NCBI RefSeq assembly: GCF_964204865.1
Contig: NC_135256.1
Span: forward strand, 9,610,001 to 9,674,000
Reading direction: 5' to 3'
DNA: 64,000 nucleotides
Source: Styela clava
Lineage: Eukaryota
The position numbers and the translations under genes were made by a program. This document shows, one piece after another, positions 58,827 through 64,000 of this stretch. The notes beneath the pieces were generated by a model. The model had not been told where the DNA came from, ran no database searches, and saw nothing but the letters and a program-made list of their open reading frames with translations. Numbering within the stretch: position 1 is the first letter of the stretch; each line of letters begins with the position of its first letter.

Positions 58827-60143
58827 GCTAGAATACCTTTGCGAAAATTATCATTTCGTCATGAAAGCATTGTAGTCAAAAGCTTTTTATTATTCATATT
58901 GACATGTAAGAATTTCTAAATAGCCGCCCAGAATTGACGCATAGTGGTGGGCTTGAAATCCAGTTCACAGCCAAGGCGCACATTGACCCACGTTTACGTT
59001 TGGATTATTGCTGCCAAAAAAAGAAGAAACATATATTTTTAGATTGATTCAACAGCTTTCTGCGGAACTATTATGGAAAAAATATGAGCTACGACGTATG
59101 TTTGTGAGCGCGCGATGCTGTAGCATGGTCAAAAACGTGTTTTTCTACTTTCACATTGTGAAGTCACGGATTCGGAGGATTCGATTCGAGTCCTTGACCT
59201 ACTACTCGGATTCGTCGAATCCATGTAATGCCGGACTCGTCCCATCCCTAGTAGATATAGGATCCTAACTTGAAACATATTATCAAATCCAGTTTATCTA
59301 CAAGCACTGTGCTTGAATGTATTTCTTGTCACATAAGGTTTCTGCCAAAACCGCGGTGAATGAAATCATATAGGGCAACCTACGGCCTCATTTACCAAAT
59401 GTGACCCCAAGGAAACTTGTGCGACCCGCGGAAAAACGTCACTTTTGAGTAGTGTGCGGCCCGCAAAACCAGTTTCAAATTTAATCTAGTATGTGCGAGT
59501 AATTCCATTTCTTTTATTCCGAACAATCAATCATCTTTCACGCATCAGGGCAAAGAACGATTAAAGAATTGTAATTCACAAAAAAAATACTCTATTTGCT
59601 TAATTCCTATTTAATTGTTTGGGAAATCCACATTCAAAAGTGATATGATATTGGATTATTTTTTATCAATGACTACAGGTATTCCGGCGCTCAGCGTAGC
59701 GTTATCGCGTGCTTTGTTGCTAAACTTGATTTGTTTTAGTTCAGTCTAACATTTGTTTTGTATTGATGAAATTCTGTCTGTGTGTACTGAGCACTTAATA
59801 GTAAAATACCACTTAACACTTCCCGCAGTATAGGTTAATATATAACTTTTATAGAAAGTGTCAGTTTCAGCGCACTATAATAGTAATTCAATTACTTCAT
59901 GTATGTTTTTTTGTGAGAATATTGTAACACATTATACATTAATTGGAATTTGTCTTCTTATGGTGTATATTATAGCAAGATGTCACTCATTCTACTTCAG
60001 CCAAACTAGGCATCTTCACATTCGATTTCAATGATACCTCTTCCACTCACCACCAAAAGTGCGTTAGAAAGAATATTACATTGACTTTTTTATTTGATTT
60101 GACGTTGATGTTTCAGTCTGACTTCATTCGATTCATCTTGAAA

Positions 60144-60384
60144 ACAAGAGAGCTATGCTCAAATATATGGACACGTAGAGTCACATAATTTTAATAACGT
60201 CATAGCGAAAAAAAAAAGTAATAGCCTTCTGGAGAAAATTTTTATCTTTAACCACTGAAAATTTCAAAGCAATTGGTCCAGTATTCGAAGAGAAAAGCGA
60301 CTTTTTAAAAACGTGTCAAAGAACAAGAACAACAACAACAACATAATATTGAAACGATCGTTATGTCCACTACGTGTCCAAAAA
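60144..60384 (-). mobile_element. Second, near-identical HINE-like element in opposite orientation
   Basis: Reverse complement of 58570-58826, differing mainly in microsatellite length and a few substitutions. Confidence 0.65.
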
Positions 60385-62289
60385 TGTTAGCATCTCCGCG
60401 TAGATTTCAGACGACGTCATATTGTACTGTAAGTGGACTGAAAATTGTCCCCCGGCGAATTTCGTTTTCGTACGAAAATGAGCTCGCGATTACGTAATCG
60501 AGACACATATACGCAAACAAGTTGATTTTATCATGATGACTATTTTTAGAATTGGATGACGACAAAACTTTGTTACGGTAACTAAGACAACAGCAAGCCT
60601 TTTGGATCAGATGAAGTTAGAACGTGATTCAAAATAAAGTGTTTGTGATTGTCTGATTGAGGCTCACAAACAGACATTTTTTCACAACACCACTATTAAA
60701 TCCCTTTTGTAATTTTGTAGTTTTTTACTTCGGTACAAATAATTAATGCGTGTTAAATTACTAACATAACTGGGTATGTTTGAATTCATATTCGATTGTG
60801 CGCATTTCAGATTGGCTTCCACCTCAGTTTCGTCATATTATTAATATATCCCCCTGAATAAAATAGACATAACTTTGAATTATTGCGATAAAAATTCACG
60901 TTTCACTTCAAACGTAGAATAGCGAAATATTTATTTGGCATTGTGTAATATGTCATATATATGGGGAGAAGTTAAGTATTTGTGTTGTCGATGCTGATTC
61001 AAACAACTTCTGGTTCTTACAATTATAGTAGTCTCTACTCTATGTCTGAACCCAAAGAATCGAAAATATTTTCAAAGTATCGAATGGCAATATTTTAGAG
61101 GTTTTCCTAAATATTATAAAATTAAAAAATAAGGTATAAACCTTTGAAGCAAATTCACTTTAAAACTTTTGTGAAAATTTTGATATTACTGAGGTTTAAG
61201 TGGAAATCTAGTAAAATGCTCTTCATACGGTAGATTTTAAATCTTTTAAAGTCGATAGAGGTGAAATAAATGATCCTCTAACTACGACTGAAACCTGGTC
61301 ATCGGTAACCGAAACAAGCTATTTAAATAGAATTTTTGCTAATTATTACTTGATATGAGAGAATTGTGATCACTTGCTTTTTCTACGCACACGTACACCT
61401 TCAATCAAGCGTGTTACCTTGAAGTTTTGAATAAGATTATCGTAAAAACAGCCCAAGATCTGTTGTCTCATTTTTTATATAGATATATTTCCATGTAAGA
61501 TCAAGCATTAAAATTAATACTCATTGTCATTGTTCTATCTTTCCTAAATTTGATGATGTGCATTTATCCGTCCCTGTGATTAACATGAAAAAGTAGAAAC
61601 ATGTGATATAAATAATAAGAAAAAACAATGTACAGTAGAAATCTGCACTGTTAAATTTACGAAAATGAGAATTAGATTTTCGTATTACTTTTCATTCTAT
61701 ACTCATATTATCGTTATCGGAACTGAAAAAATTACATCAGAATATGTTATGAGGTCATTTCGATTGAAAACAACATAATATCTCTGGTTTCGTGTACCAA
61801 GTAGGAACTGAAATTTCGAACAGATAACTAACTTAATGTCTTAAATAAAAATTTAATGAATCAGCCAGACATGGAATGATAAAATAAAGTTAATTTAAGC
61901 TGAAAAGTTTAAATTAGAAATATTTTAGAGTAATTCAACAATGATACGACACTATTTGTATCACCTTTAAATAAACAAGCATAGGATAAGTAGACAAAAA
62001 TGTTTATTCATGACTCCATAGAGTGAGACTTAAAAAGATGAAGTAAAACAAAAATTTGGTAATTTTACAGATAATTTCAACATTGCAAACTAATTAGTTG
62101 CAACAACGTGATGATCAACATAAAGATAGCTAGCTTACACGTATATATATATACATTGTGTGTATAAAAATAGAAAATCTGATTCATTAATCTCATTTTT
62201 CATCAAATTTCCAACATCGGTGATTCAAGCTTAATGAAAGTGAAAAATACCGATAACATACGAAATCGCCCCTAGGCGACGTATGTCAA

Positions 62290-62299
62290 GTATAAATAC
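62290..62299 (+). promoter_or_regulatory. Putative TATA box of the right secreted-protein gene
   Basis: GTATAAATAC at the equivalent position. 62200-62330 is the reverse-complement homolog of ~6600-6730. Confidence 0.5.
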
Positions 62300-62405
62300 C
62301 GAACTCATTTTTCATAGAACCAGATTCAAATTGAAACACATTTGAAATATAGATCCAGTGGAAATCGTAAAATAAAACTGAGACAAAACTTATACATATG
62401 AGAAG

Positions 62406-63982
62406 ATGAATGTTGGAAAACTTTTTGTTGCAGTTCTCTGCTTGGTGGTTGCTGTGGCCGCTGAGAAGCAATGTTCTCCACTAATGGGTATGAATTTATT
62501 TCTGTTTATTTTCTTCGCATATGATGTGCCGCTTTTATCATGAAACGCTGTCACTGACAAAGGTTCTAGATTAAGAGGCTTTTCCATGTTTCTTCTATTC
62601 TTAACTTTATTACGACACGAGTCATATGCGTTGCGCTAACCATAACAAATAATGAAGTTTTGAGTGAGATTTTGCGCCATTGAAAAATATGTCAATACTT
62701 TAACCCGCTGGCATTTGACACTCTTTTCTCCCATATTTGCAGGCACAAGAGATGGCTGTTCAAAATACACATTTCGTTATTCTTGAATTTTTCAAATTCT
62801 CAGCAGTTTTTTGTTATAATATTTTTCCAATAGTTAGACGAAAAATTCCACTCATTTGTATTGAACATGCAAATATGTTTGTTTTATAAAATCTCTTTAA
62901 CATAGGATTCGGAAGCGAAGGAGGATTATTATGCACTGTTGTAAAGAACGGTGTTTCAGAAACAGTCGATGCTGATGATTGTCACAAACATAAAGATTGC
63001 TGTAAAATCGGTGAAGGAGAAACTGCAGTTTGTTATGCCCAGCTTAATCAAGAGAGACGTAAGTATATTATTTTTTTGAAATCAAAACTAAAGATAACAG
63101 AATTGAATTAAATTGGTGAAAAATAATTCATTAGAGAATTACAAAGTTACCGAGAAAGTGCAGATGCTGTTCAAAATCCTCGCCAAAACCTAAAGTCTAT
63201 AGAAAATGATGATGAAAGTCAGGAGTTGAAAAAACGTTGATGTTTGGTTCCGAACTATATCTTGCAAAATAAGGATAAATTTCACTCATTACAAATTTTG
63301 ACGTAATATATGAAGAATTTGGATTCATTTAATTTAGCAAAAGATTATAATAACGGATTGTTTCTAAACCGAATTCTAGCCTATATGCTTGCATGCTGGA
63401 TGCACGATGTTACACTACAAGTACATGTCTAAGAGTTTACAAGACACGGGAAGTCGTCAACATTATTCTAATTTTCAGTTTCAGCAGCTACTGCGAATGC
63501 TCGAACAGTCGACGATAGTGACGATCTGTACAAAAAAGCCTTAAAAATGAAAAGAGACAGCGCAAGATTTCTCCATTTACGTCCACCAGGTATTTTATTA
63601 TGTTCACATTTCTTTTTAGGGACGTGAAAAAGATTTTGTTTATGACCAAGTAGTCTTTTAGACTCAATCAAAACAAAAACGAAGCATGCATTGTGGGAAT
63701 TTCTATTTGCTTTTATGCATGAAATCTGAAAAGAACAAAAACAACAGAAATCTTTCACTCTTCATCTGAGAACTATTTTTCCGCTACAGAATGCCGTTAC
63801 TTAGATAAACGGGTGGTTTACATTTTTTTTTTCTGTTTTACCAAATATATACCTATTTTTTTTTTTATAACAACAGCATTTCCTGGATGTCCTCAACCAA
63901 TTCCATTTCCAGCAAGTTGTAATCCACAAATGAATGAACCCTACGTCCTCGATCCACCAGTTGATATTCCTTATTGTGTCAG
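62406..63982 (+). CDS. Paralog of the secreted trefoil-like/TSP1 gene, first four exons (continues beyond window)
   Basis: Exons 62406-62487, 62906-63058, 63479-63589, 63877-63982 have the same lengths (82/153/111/106 nt) and phases as the left copy. Protein begins MNVGKLFVAVLCLVVAVAAEKQCSPLMGFGSEGGLLCTVV. Confidence 0.88.
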
Positions 63983-64000
63983 GTGAGAAACTTTGAATCA

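Overview
Eukaryotic, AT-rich, intron-rich genomic DNA with GT-AG introns. An invertebrate chordate such as an ascidian is my guess from composition and repeats, not something the sequence proves. The window is organised as one large, imperfect inverted segmental duplication. At each end is an outward-facing copy of a secreted Cys-rich gene with trefoil-like modules: the left copy (-, 3198-6523) is complete and ends in two TSP1 repeats, and the right copy (+, from 62406) runs off the window. Between them is an array of five copine (C2A-C2B-vWA) loci. Three are intact 16-exon genes: A (+, 16001-25561), B (-, 30893-39837) and C (-, 43935-57144). Two are pseudogene fragments: E (+, ~10.9-12.3 kb) and D (-, exon 1 only, ~27.3 kb). 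All three intact copines have a degenerate vWA MIDAS site and a partly degenerate C2B site. B and C have independently lost most C2A Ca2+-ligand Asp residues and the polybasic C-terminal tail while keeping every exon in frame. Introns and spacers contain hAT-type non-autonomous elements (three at one 8-bp site), tRNA-derived SINEs at array-unit junctions, Helentron/HINE-like elements and a foldback minisatellite. Gene models were built by hand from splice sites and frame continuity. No database searches were run.
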